DNA from: Rhizaria sp. SCN 62-66
Taxonomy: Eukaryota
NCBI GenBank assembly: GCA_001724265.1
Contig: MEDY01000137.1
Location: forward strand, 46,283 to 66,282
Reading direction: 5' to 3'
Length of the DNA: 20,000 bases
In this document: positions 9,725 through 20,000 of the stretch, piece after piece
Layout: every line of letters starts with the position of its first letter
How positions within the stretch are numbered: the stretch's first letter is position 1
Notes under the pieces: model-generated
Told to the model about the DNA's origin: nothing
The model's database searches: none
What the model saw: only the letters and a program-made list of their open reading frames with translations
Position numbers and translations under genes: made by a program

Positions 9725-10569
9725 ATGTCTGTGAAGCACTGTTCTAGCTCGAGTGATCTTAGCAGCATCTGCTCCAATGCCGGCGGCAAGGTCGTTGTCG
9801 TCGATTTCCACGCCACTTGGTGCGGCCCCGTACGTCCATGCATCACTCGCTCCTTCTTCCCTTCCATCTAACCACGCAGTTTATCATCATCGTATTGAGT
9901 GTAGCTAAGGTGAAACTTCACATGTACGGTTTTATTTGTATTACCTAACTAATGTCACTTATTTTGTTCTACTTCACTCTGTTTCTGTTGTGCTATACCC
10001 AGTGCAAGGCGATCGCCCCGACCTTCGACTCCCTGGCTAGTGAGTACTCTTCCACCTGCGTCTTCGTCAAAGTCGACGTCGACGTGGCCAAGGACGTCGC
10101 CCAGGCTTACAGGGTCACTTCTATGCCCACCTTCGTATTTCTCCACAAGGCCCGTGAGGTCGAGCGCTTTTCCGGCGGCGACCCCAGCGGCTTAACTTCA
10201 ACCGTCGCCCGCCTGTCCCGCGAGCTCGGTCGCGGCTCTGCTTTCACGGGCGCGGGCGCCGGAGTAGCCGGCGGCGCTACTGCCGGCGCGGGCGATGCGC
10301 CCGTCAACCCTTGGGCGCGCAAGGACTTTAAGCCGCCCGGGATGGCGCAACTGCAAGCGAACTCGACTGGCAACCCCGCTCCCACCGCCGCCGCTCCCGC
10401 CGCCGCTGCTGCTGCTGCTCCTAAGAGTGGTGGCAGTGCGGAATTTGATGTGGTGTGCGACGGGGACGTGTGCCGCCGTGTTCCCCGCAACAACAACAAC
10501 GCTGCGGTAAGTAATAACAATCAGGATGACCAGAGCCAAGGATGGGGCAGCTGGTGCACTGTGATGTAA
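9725..10569 (+). CDS. Thioredoxin (WCGPC) with C-terminal extension ending in a CaaX box, ~223 aa
   Basis: Exons 9725-9829 and 10003-10569. Intron 9830-10002 (GTACGT...CAG) splits WCGP|CKAIAP. Also VVVDFHATW, FVKVDVD, SMPTFVF. Terminus is WCTVM-TAA. Confidence 0.92.
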
Positions 10570-11037
10570 ATCTGTTCGTATATGCGCATTCATTACGACG
10601 CTATACTACGTATCATGCAGCTATTGTCAGATATTTCTATATATACTCAAAGAAAACGTCCAAAAGAAACAAACAACTCATATTAAGTGAAATTTTAAAC
10701 GAGACATGTCAGTCTGTGCATGTGCCCAAGTGTGTGGGGGGTGTTGTGTTTGTGTGAGTGCGTGTGCGTGCGATTGTGTGAGCGCGATTGCTACCGTGAC
10801 TGTGAACTGTGATTTTGTTTGTTTGTTCTGAGTGACGATTGTTGTGACTGCAAAGAGACTCACAAACACGCACACGTCCACGGCACTTACCGCTTGCATG
10901 CACACTTCGCAAAACAAGAAAGTAACGGCTCGCAACAAAACACAATATTCACAAGCACATATCTCACAAGCAATTGCAAACACACAGGCATACACATAAA
11001 CACACAAATACCTCACTTCACCAAGCATAGCAAGCAG

Positions 11038-11850
11038 ATGGTCATGATACTCAGTCTCACTGAAATCCGCAACTCACCGTTCTTGCGGAACGTGTGTAAT
11101 TCTCTGTTTCTTCTTCTCTACGCACACAGCCCGCTGCAACCGCATCCCACCCTGCCCTCCGCGCCACCACCCTTCAAGGCCCGCCTCCTCCCTACTCGCC
11201 TGCGAACGCAGCCACCGCCGCCACCGCCACTGCCGCTGCTGCCCGGTCTCACTCCCCCTCGGCCGCCACCACCACCCACGCCCCCACCGCGCACGCTGCT
11301 GCTCCTGCCTCGCCCGCTGCGACCAGCGGTGCGGTGCCTGCGAGCCCCTCTGCGGGCGCCACGATGCTGCTTCGCGCCCTCGAGCTGCGTCGTTCGCAAT
11401 ACCAGTCTGCCGTCACGCCCGAGCAAGAGCGCGCGAGCATCATCCACCACCGCGCGCGCGCCGAGGCCGAGCTCGAGGCAGAGGCCGCCGTGCGCGCCAA
11501 GGCCGCCGCCGTGGCCGCCAAAGAGGACGCTGCGCGCGCGAAGCAGCGGCGCGAGGACGAGCAGCATGCCGCGGTTCTCAAAAAGCGGGTCGAGGCCGAT
11601 AAGCTGCGCAGGATCGAGGAAGCGCGGTACGTCATATGAAATGATACATATATTTGTAATTCTGTCATGTACGTTAGCGTTTTATCTTATTATTTGTGTT
11701 GATGTTTGGCTTCAAACTCACTTGTATCTTGATTTAATGTCGATGCAATCGTTGTTTTTCGCTGCATACAGCGAGCGCGAGCGTGCTCTGGCGGCCATTA
11801 AGGCGGCCAAGGCCGCGGGTGGCGGCACGACGCCGCCGCTCCAGAAGTGA
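11038..11850 (+). CDS. Hypothetical ~190-aa protein: Ala/Pro-rich N-terminus with PPPY motif, charged helical/coiled-coil C-terminus
   Basis: Exons 11038-11040 (ATG only, tentative), 11130-11626 and 11772-11850. Intron 11627-11771 (GTACGT...CAG, AT-rich) joins RRIEEAR|ERERALAAIKAAK in frame. GC-rich exon versus AT-rich intron contrast. Confidence 0.7.
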   Translation: MVMILSLTEIRNSPFLRNVCNSLFLLLYAHSPLQPHPTLPSAPPPFKARLLPTRLRTQPPPPPPLPLLPGLTPPRPPPPPTPPPRTLLLLPRPLRPAVRCLRAPLRAPRCCFAPSSCVVRNTSLPSRPSKSARASSTTARAPRPSSRQRPPCAPRPPPWPPKRTLRARSSGARTSSMPRFSKSGSRPISCAGSRKRGTSYEMIHIFVILSCTLAFYLIICVDVWLQTHLYLDLMSMQSLFFAAYSERERALAAIKAAKAAGGGTTPPLQK

Positions 11851-12771
11851 TTGTTCTGTTCATCACATGGTACCTGTGACGTATACGTCCATTGATCTTC
11901 ACGTTCTAGACCTCTCTTGATCGACGCCATTTGCTTGCGACGCAAAGTGACTGGCTGTAAGCATGGCTTACTATCATACCCGTTGTTTTTAGCATTCGAT
12001 CAGGCCAGCTGTAATTGAGTAGACTACCGGTTATCATGCAGCTTGTGTCGTGTTCATTGCAAACGAATACATATCAGAGGTGTTAAACTAATGGTCATAA
12101 TTCACGTGTGTTTTCGTCTGTATAAACACGTCAATGGTGTGGTGCACTAAAAAACATTTTAAAAAAATTATGAGAATCTACTCTATTGCTTGTTTTGTTA
12201 ATTGAATTGGCGAACGTGCCAAACGGTAGCAGGCACCTCAGAGGCTGGAGCACGATTCAAAAACAAATTCATGAAAGACATAGCATCGCGTGCAACTGCG
12301 CTGGCACGGACAGAAGAGAGCACTAAATGGCAAACAACAACGACGATGCTGAGGTGAAAAATACGCGATGAAAATAGACAAAACAACACAAGAAAGGAAA
12401 GCGAGAGAAGGAAAGCAAAGCAGGAAGGAAAGTAACGCAGCATAATTAGATAGATACACTGGGGGTAACAGAGCTAGGGTAAGAATGAAGGACACTTGTG
12501 ACTGGCCGTGCAAAGCAGTGCTTACGGTTACTCGACAGAAGAGAAACACTGCAAGGATTCTCGAAATGTTTCGAAATCGTTCGTCACACATGTAGATCAC
12601 AACGCAATAACAATAAACAATAATAACTCTATAGCAATGGTACAAGCATTCGCATGAGCGATGACAAGTACTGTGATAAATCAAGAAGCAAGTGATAAAG
12701 TGCTCCAAACTCATCGAATGTGAATCTCAAGCCCTCAACCGGCTCAGTCATCATCTCCGTCCAACCATCGC

Positions 12772-13875
12772 TTACACCTTATTGGTCTCGCTCTTGCCGC
12801 TATTGTTGTTATTGTTAGTATTAGTGTTGTTGTCGTTCACAACACTGTCGTGGCTGCTGCGGCCGGCGCCGTTGGCCCCACCGCGGAGGAACGACCTCCG
12901 CGCGCCGCCCTGAAACACCTCGGTGGCCTTTTGGACCTCATTGACGCTGCTGCTGGGCGTAACGCGGTCGCCAACCCACTCGCCGCTGCCGAGCTGATGG
13001 TCATGGTCGTCGTGGCCGCCACCGCCGCCGCCACCGCCGCCGCCACCGCCGCCGCGACGGCCACCGCGACCACCACCGCGACCGCCACCGCGACCGCCAT
13101 CGCGACCGCTGCCGCTGCCGCTGCCGCTGCCGGCACTGTTCCCGATGTTGCCGCTTTTGCCACTGTTGCGGGCGCCAGAGCCAGAGCCAGAGCCAGAGCT
13201 AGGGGCAGCGGGGGTAGAGAGAGTTGTAGTCCGCTTCTGGGACCTGGTGTCGAGGACGACTTGCCAATCAGAGCCGTCGCCCTCAAACTTACCCTTGCCG
13301 CTGCCGCTGCCGCTGCCGCTGCCGCTGCCGCTGCTGCTACTGGTGATGTTGCTGTCGTTGCCGCTGCCTCGGCCACGGCCGGCCTTGCTGCCGCCGTCCC
13401 GGCTCCCGTGACTATCCTTGCCGTCCCTGTCCTTGGAGTCCTTGCCGCCCTTGTTGAGGTCCTTACTGTGGTCCTTGTCCCTGCTCTCCTTGCCATCCCT
13501 GCCACTGCCGCTGTGACTGGAGTCCTTCGCGTGCGCGCTGATATTCACGCTGGTGTGGCTTGACGTCACATAGCGCGGCTTCCCGTCGTCCTTACTGTCA
13601 CGGCGGTCACGGCCGTCCTTGTTGGCCGCACCACCCTTCTGTGACTGTTGAGACTGCGACTGGAAATGGGATCCGCCGTGGCCGCGAGCGCCGCCGTCTT
13701 TGTGAGAGCCATCATTCGCATCCTTACCAGTAATCGCGTTGTGACCACTAATGCTGTTGGTCTTATTCTGCTCACGCTCGCGCTCAGGGTTGCGCTCAAC
13801 AGACGGCTTGAAGCTGTTCTTGCTGCTGCTCGCGGCGGGGCCGTCGCGCCAAGAGCCGCCGCCGCCGTTGCCGCT

Positions 13876-13916
<41 letters not shown>

Positions 13917-13950
13917 TGGGCTTGTGGCCGTGCCCGCTCCCAAACGCAAA

Positions 13951-13982
<32 letters not shown>

Positions 13983-13987
13983 CGGAG

Positions 13988-14018
<31 letters not shown>

Positions 14019-14292
14019 CAGAGACAGAGACAGAGCCAGAGACAGAGACAGAGCCAGAGCCACCGGAGTGGGAGTGGGACTTGTTCGCGGCTGCGGAGGC
14101 GGCGGTGGCCTTGGCAGCGCGCGCGGCCTCACCTGCGGCCTTCTTGGCGGCCTTCTCGGCGGCCTCGCGCTCCGCCAGCACTTCCTCGCGGCTGCGGATG
14201 TCGCCGAACGGGTTAGACCTAGGCGGCCCGGGGATCACGATCCCCGCGTCGGCCGCGGCCGCAGCGGCTGCGGTGCTGGAAGACGAAGCGAA

Positions 14293-14334
<42 letters not shown>

Positions 14335-14988
14335 GCTGTTGAAGCCTGAAGAGCGGGCGGGACCGTATGACGCACCTGAGCCCGAGCCTGAGCCTGAGCC
14401 GTAGCCGGCGCCGGAGCCGCCGCCACTGCGGTAGCTGGAAGAGGAGGAGCTGTGTGCGTGGGACCCGAAGCCGAGGCGCGCGACTGGTACGGGGGCGGCG
14501 GCGGCCGCCACGGCGGCGGCTTGCATGGCGGGCATGGCAATGACGTCCTGCGCGGCCTTGGAGTCGTAGACGTTCACCGTGATTTCCTTGCCCTGAATAG
14601 CAGAGCAGAGAGCGAGAAATGGATATGCAGACAAAGATAGAATCATGTGAGAATAAAACTTGGGCATAAGTTTAAAAAAAAAATTACATATATATGACTT
14701 CAATCAATGTATAGAAACGGAGTGTGATATATGTACCTGAAAGAGGACCTTGCTCATGCGGAGCAGCCCCTGTAGCGCCTCAGCGCTCGAGACCTCGATG
14801 ATGGCCTGCGACCGGCTGGGACGGGCGTTGACCTTGATGGAGACGTAGGGCGTGCGGCCAAGCCAGGCGCGGACGCTGTTCTCGGTGACGCTGCTGGGCA
14901 GGCCCGCGACGATGGCTTCGTAGGGTGGACCGCTCGGGATCTTATTGTAGCCACCGCCGCCGCCGCTGCTGCTGCTGTAGCCACCTTT

Positions 14989-15024
<36 letters not shown>

Positions 15025-15451
15025 CTTGTTATAGCCGCCGCCGCCGCCGCCGCCGCCGCGGGCGTTGTCCTTGCCGCCGTAGGGCCGGCCGCCGTGTCCG
15101 TGGCCGCCGCCGCCGCCTTTTTGGCTACTGTTGCTGTTGCTGTCAGCCGCGGGCAAGTGCGCCTGAGGCAGGTTGAGCTGGCGCTGGGGCACGTGCGGAG
15201 TGTTGTTGTCGTCCTCGGGGATGAAGTCCGCCCAGCTGCCGCCCTGGATGAGCTCGGCAAGAGCTGTGCGCAAGACCGGCGCGGGCGGGGACGAGGAGGA
15301 GAGGCGTGGTTCGGTTTGTTGGTGAGAAAGGGCGAGTGGTGGGGAGGAAATGACGGGGAGTGAAAGGATGAGATATCAGCACGGATATGCAGTGGACAAA
15401 GACAAAGATAGTATATATGATGTGCTTAGAACTATGCGTACCTTGATCCAT
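12772..15451 (-). CDS. eIF4B/eIF4H-like RRM protein with Gly/Ser- and RGG-rich regions, ~785 aa
   Basis: Exons 15451-15442, 15263-14737 and 14592-12772 join in frame via GT-AG introns: MDQALAELIQGGSWADF...PPYEAIVAGLPSSVTE...AIIEV...LFQ|GKEITVNV (RRM)...PRSNPFGDIRSREEVLAERE. SWAD, PPY-RRM and NPFG are eIF4B-family hallmarks. Confidence 0.75.
13876..14062. repeat. Coding microsatellites (GCC)n and (GCCAGA)n encoding poly-Gly and (Gly-Ser)n
   Basis: (GCC)n at ~13876-13915 and (CCAGAG)n at ~13952-14062. Further GCC runs near 14294-14331 and 14988-15058. Confidence 0.9.
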
Positions 15452-15958
15452 TACGTGGAACTATCGTTTAGGAGAACAAGAGGGAGTCGGGACAAAAGAA
15501 GTGAAGAGCAAAGGGAAGACGTGAGCGTCGGTGGATTTGGAATGAAACAGGTCTTGGTAGAGTGGCCATGTCCGTGTACTGACCAGAAAACAAAAGCTTA
15601 GGTGACAAACAAGGGCGTTCTCTGTGGAAATTTAACGGGTCGCGAGGATGTCACGTTGATCGCACTCTACGGGTCTTCGCCAAGGAATTGCTGTGGAATC
15701 TCTGTCAGCCACTGTGTGGCCGTTGGGTGGGGGAGATAGGGTTCCGAAAAATGTCTGCCTGTCACCAAATAGTAAAATGATACGACAGCTACGCGTGACT
15801 AGTGATGACATTAAAATTATGCATGTATTCACCATTGAATGTTTTTGTAGCTGCCTTTAAGTCGGCACCTCTCACAGCGCCCACATAGCGTCAATAAATA
15901 CGAATATAAGCAACTACCACTACCACGAACTACCTTTGTTCTCCTCTTGTGGTTCCAC

Positions 15959-18883
15959 TTAGAGGTCATCCCGCAGGTCCTGATCGGCCGGGAACATCTC
16001 CGCATCGCAGCTCATCCCTTCCTCCATCTCCTGCACATTCGTAAAGGGCGTGAACCGGTCCGCCGTCTCGAGCACCTCGGTCGGCATCCACCCGTTCTCC
16101 CACCACAGCACGGCCCGGTCCACGGCGCGCTCTTCCGGAACGGGGAAGCCCTTGCCGTCGGAGAAGACGGGCGCGTCCGTGGCCACAAGCACCACGGCGT
16201 CGGCACTCGCCTGCGCCCAGTAGACGTGGCGGAACACGCCCGCCCACGCCGCAGCGACCTGCGCGGGGGACTCGCAGTCCACTGCAGTGAAGGCTGGGAA
16301 GTCGTCGGAATCCTCAACGACTCCATGTTCCGCAGAAGCATACTGCGAATCCTCCGTCCGTCCGCTCGCGTCGGCGTTTGAACCACTGGTAGATTGAGAC
16401 TGGTTCTCGCTAGAGGTTAAACCACTCGCGCTTGCACGCGCGGCATCCCCTTTGGTGAGATCGCGCGAACCCGCGGTCGCCGCGGTCGCAGCGGCCGCAG
16501 CAGCCGCATTGTCGCCCCCATTGCTCGAGTCCCTCTGGTGGCTGTTCTTGCCCGCCTTGCAGTGCGCGGGCAGCAGCGGCACGCGGCGGATGATCGCGGC
16601 CCCGGGCGCAAGCGTGGCCTGCAGTCTCCGCAGCACGTGCGGCGCCGTCAGCGACGGGTCCGCCACGGTGTCCTGGATGATCAGGTGGTACTGCTTCACG
16701 GGCCGGTGGAGCGCGGGCGCTGCGAGCAGCAGGGGCGCAGCGGCGGCCGGGTCGACGATGATGCAGCCGCTCGCCGCGACGGCCTCCGCCTCGGCCTCCG
16801 CGGTCGCCGCAGTCGCCGCGGTCGCAGCTTCAGCGTCAGCCGCGTCGGCCGTTGTGGCGTCGGAAGACTTAGCAGTGGCACTGGAGTCGCTAGCTGCGTT
16901 CGCGGGAGCAGCAACAACCTCCGCGTCAACCACAGTTGAGCCACTCGCGCTCTTAGCAGCGCTGGACGCTGCCTCCAAGCCGCCGCCGTTGTTCTCCGAC
17001 AAGGCCTCCTTGCTACCGCTCAGCAGGGGGAGCTCCTTGGTCGCGGCCACGTGCGCCGCCACCGCCGCCTCGGCCTCCGCGGACGGAAACAACGCCGCCA
17101 CGAATGCCGACGGCGTGCAGAGTGCGGAGTACGCGCGGACGCCCCCGGCCAGCGGCGGCAGCGCCAGGGACGCGCCCGTGGGGGACGTGGCGTTGTGAGC
17201 GGCCGTGTCGCGGTCGACGGCAAGGCTGGCCGTCACACTGCCAGCACGGTCAGAGCCAGAGCCCACAGTGTCGGAGTCAGCGTCGGCGTCGGCGTCGGGA
17301 GCGGCCGCGCTCGCCGGTGCACTGCTGGGGCGAGCAGCGTTCAGAGCTGAGCTGACGGTAGTCGCTGCAGTAGCAACGGTAGTGGCGCTGGCGCTGTCAG
17401 GAGCCGCTTGCCGTTGTGACGTGGGTAGAGTGTCGAACCCGGCCCAGATAACTGCCTCGGCAGCCGCGGCGGCCTCGGCAGCGCCCGGGATCCCCTCCTC
17501 GGCCGCCTCGGCCGCCGCCGCCGCCTCCGCAGCCGCTGAGCACGCCGAGTACCCGTTCGAGTGCTCCAGATTCGCCACCGCAGCCGCGACGCGCGCGGCG
17601 GTCGCGCCTTCGAACGCGAGCTGCACGGGGTGATCCGGCGGGCCGTCCACGGTCACGTACGCGCGGGACAGCAGCTCGCGGGCGGCGTCGCGCGCCACCA
17701 GATCGCTGTCGACCGAGTCCGTGACTGCGTGGGGGAAGTAGCGGTCGAAGTGGGCCGGCAGCACAGCGGCGGCCGAGGCGCCGAGCAGGAGCACCGACGT
17801 CACGGGCGCGTGCGTGAAGATGCAGGCAGACAGCATCAAGCACTGCGACGGCGACAGCGGCGCAGCGGGGGTCGGGACGGGCGCAGCAGGCGCGTTGTGG
17901 GCCGCGACCGCAGTTGCGGCCGCGGCGGCGGCGGCCGCGGTGGTCGAGACGAGAGCCTGTGTGAAGACGAACGGCGTGGGGTAGGTGTCGTCGCCGCCGT
18001 CGTAGACGGCCTGAAACTCGAATACAACCTTCGTTTCTTCGGCGTCATCCTCTAACGCCTCCAAAACACTGTTCTTGACGCTAGATGTGTGGTTGTTGGC
18101 GGCGCTATTGGCAGTGTTGACAGAGGAGCGTGTGAGGGCCGCGATGCCCCCGGCAGCCGCGGCCTCCGTCGGCGTCATTGCAGAGCCACCCTTGCCGTGC
18201 TTGAGCTGCTGCTGCAGCTGCAGCGCGAACAGGGGCGCGGTGGCGTGGCGGACGACGCGTATGCGCAGCGTCGGGTTTGCGGCCGAGCGCTGGTCGAACA
18301 CGATGGTGCCATCGTGCAGCGCGATGTCTCCGGCCAGCTGAGCCGCGGCCAGTTCGCGCGCCATGTCGTCCAGGTTGCGCAGGCCGCCGGGCGCGGCGGC
18401 GCTATCACTCCCATCCTCATCGTCGAAGTCGTTGGTATCGAACGGCTTCGCGTCAGAGCTAGAGCCAGCGCCAGCGCCGGCGGCTGAGAGGGCGGCGGAT
18501 AAGGCGGCGGCGCGGGCGCTTGTCGTGCTTGCCTTGTTAGCGGCAATGGGGGACGCAAAGAGCGCGCGGGCAAGGTTAGCGGCGTCGCGGTCTGACAGTG
18601 AAGCTGCAGGAGCGAGTGTGCTGGTGCTAGGGCTAGGGGTGTTGTTGTTGTTGTTGCTGTTGTTTGAGGTTGTGAAGGCGGAGGCGGGGAGATGTACAAC
18701 CGAGCCAACAGGGAGCAAGCACGACTGGAACGCAAGCGAAGCGCCAAGAGAGGGCTTCTGAGCGAGAGTCGAGACGCTGCGAGTGGAAGCGTGCTTCGAC
18801 AGAGCAGCGGAGGCCGCGGCTGACGTGGTTGAGAGTGCAGCTGACACGACGCCGCGGGAGGCGACTGCGGCGGCGCGCTTCAT
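15959..18883 (-). CDS. Degenerate SAM-dependent methyltransferase / spermidine-synthase-like fold protein, possible mitochondrial presequence, ~974 aa
   Basis: Likely start MKRAAAVASRG at 18883 (Arg/Ser/Ala-rich, acid-free, RSVS motif). SVLLLGASAAAVLPAHFDRYFPHAVTDSVDSDLVARDAA resembles motif I/II. YHLIIQD, LQATLAPGA and VFRHVY...VVLVAT resemble later strands of this fold. Confidence 0.6.
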   Translation of the reverse strand: MKRAAAVASRGVVSAALSTTSAAASAALSKHASTRSVSTLAQKPSLGASLAFQSCLLPVGSVVHLPASAFTTSNNSNNNNNTPSPSTSTLAPAASLSDRDAANLARALFASPIAANKASTTSARAAALSAALSAAGAGAGSSSDAKPFDTNDFDDEDGSDSAAAPGGLRNLDDMARELAAAQLAGDIALHDGTIVFDQRSAANPTLRIRVVRHATAPLFALQLQQQLKHGKGGSAMTPTEAAAAGGIAALTRSSVNTANSAANNHTSSVKNSVLEALEDDAEETKVVFEFQAVYDGGDDTYPTPFVFTQALVSTTAAAAAAAATAVAAHNAPAAPVPTPAAPLSPSQCLMLSACIFTHAPVTSVLLLGASAAAVLPAHFDRYFPHAVTDSVDSDLVARDAARELLSRAYVTVDGPPDHPVQLAFEGATAARVAAAVANLEHSNGYSACSAAAEAAAAAEAAEEGIPGAAEAAAAAEAVIWAGFDTLPTSQRQAAPDSASATTVATAATTVSSALNAARPSSAPASAAAPDADADADSDTVGSGSDRAGSVTASLAVDRDTAAHNATSPTGASLALPPLAGGVRAYSALCTPSAFVAALFPSAEAEAAVAAHVAATKELPLLSGSKEALSENNGGGLEAASSAAKSASGSTVVDAEVVAAPANAASDSSATAKSSDATTADAADAEAATAATAATAEAEAEAVAASGCIIVDPAAAAPLLLAAPALHRPVKQYHLIIQDTVADPSLTAPHVLRRLQATLAPGAAIIRRVPLLPAHCKAGKNSHQRDSSNGGDNAAAAAAATAATAGSRDLTKGDAARASASGLTSSENQSQSTSGSNADASGRTEDSQYASAEHGVVEDSDDFPAFTAVDCESPAQVAAAWAGVFRHVYWAQASADAVVLVATDAPVFSDGKGFPVPEERAVDRAVLWWENGWMPTEVLETADRFTPFTNVQEMEEGMSCDAEMFPADQDLRDDL

Positions 18884-20000
18884 CTTCGCAGTCGCAAAGC
18901 GAGCGGTGCGCGGAAAATGACCAAAGCGCGCGTGGTGGGCTAAGGCGGGGTGTCTGTTGGCTGTGAAAGTGAAGACCTGATCAAAATAGGGGTGGGGCGC
19001 GAAAGACGGCGTGACAGACGGGGTTTGAGAGTGTGAGTCACGGGGTAATGGATGCAGCGCAATACAGACAACATTGAATGAGAACATATATAAACATGTA
19101 CTAGATTGATGCATGTTTTGTCTATAAAACGCTGTTATATGTCAGAACAACGATGGAAGTAGAACGAAAATTGCTGTGGCGATTGGTGACCACAACTCGT
19201 CTCCGCGGTAGGTTCGAGTCAGACTCGGCCGACCGTGGGCGAGGCAGTTCCACTGTTACAGCAGTTTGCACAATGCATTTTTAGAAATGAGACAAAACGA
19301 ACGAGTTGTACGCGCTACTAGTCTGCCTAGACAATGTTGTTGTATACCTAAACCTGGACGACAACAAGTTGTAAACGGGCGTTCGGAGTTGGAGACTGGT
19401 TGCTTCACCGTCAGCCCACCACAAACCTCCTTTGGGGTTTTAGAATGACTTTGAAGAGCGCAATGACACCGTCAGTTGCGCACTGCACGCTGAACTCCAC
19501 GCAAAACATGTTGTCTTTTGCTTACCTATTTAATTGTTCCTGGCGTAACTGTGATGTTGCACATCAGCAAATGCATGCCTCGCTCTGTCGTCACCACGTC
19601 CCCTTGGACAATCCCTCTCATAGCCACGTAGTAATCTCGAACAACCCCACCAATCGAAGCAAGGTTTCGTTGCATCTTATGTTGTCAGTTCCGGCATCTT
19701 TACGTTGTGTCTTTCTTCTCGCAGTCTTGATGCTTCTCAGCAAATCTGTCAGGATACCTCGAACCATGTCATGCCGTCCTCACATGTTTTTCCTTCGTAA
19801 CCCTACGCTTCTCCCTCTTTCGCATCTCTGTAGTCTCTTGTCACATCAGCAACTTCAAAACGGCGTGTTGCCAGTTGCTTAATTGGTCTGTATTGGCTTT
19901 AGAACGCCTTTCCCCGTCTTTGCACGCACTCGTACAGCCCGTCAAGCCCTTCCTTGGTAGCGAGTCTGAAAGGTATTTCTCTGTTCTCGCCACTCCCCCA

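Noticed and set aside
10819-11850. 343-aa ORF as a single-exon gene
   Set aside because: It reads through AT-rich introns and the wrong frame of the main exon; only its last exon is in the real frame.
12837-14404. Alternative-frame ORFs with poly-Ala, (RA)n, (PE)n
   Set aside because: Products of GCC and GCCAGA microsatellites, which lack stops in any frame.
18884-19114. N-terminal 77 codons of the 1051-aa ORF
   Set aside because: Composition looks like UTR/intron; the ATG at 18883 begins the GC-rich, presequence-like coding region.
19170-19250. tRNA gene
   Set aside because: T-stem and acceptor stem do not pair, and the A-B spacing is about 10 nt too short.
19400-20000. 160-aa ORF or possible exon 19850-19971
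   Set aside because: No recognisable motif and weak coding bias; cannot be supported without the adjacent window.
1-20000. CRISPR array, transposase or prokaryotic operon/defence system
   Set aside because: No spaced direct repeats or transposase motifs; spliceosomal introns, eL22 and ELP6 show the DNA is eukaryotic.

Overview
GC-rich eukaryotic (probably protist) genomic DNA with short AT-rich GT-AG introns (about 90-180 nt) and proteins inflated by Ala/Ser/Gly/Asn low-complexity insertions. Eight genes are supported. (1) A monomeric sarcosine oxidase/SolA-family flavoenzyme (minus strand, runs off the left edge, absent from the ORF track). (2) A ~1500-aa protein joining a dsRNA-binding motif to a degenerate PLP-aminotransferase (MocR/class I-like) fold. 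(3) Ribosomal protein eL22. (4) An Elongator ELP6-like gene interrupted by one in-frame TAG. (5) A thioredoxin with a CaaX tail. (6) An orphan PPxY/coiled-coil protein. (7) An eIF4B-like RRM protein. (8) A degenerate spermidine-synthase-like SAM-fold protein with a possible mitochondrial presequence. Most interesting: the in-frame UAG in ELP6 (all seven visible terminal stops are TAA/TGA); the dsRBD-pseudoenzyme fusion, followed by a perfect 15-bp hairpin that buries a consensus 5' splice site; and a short TAAGTACCC/CTAAGGG motif family scattered through that gene. All family calls come from motif recognition by eye, not database searches.
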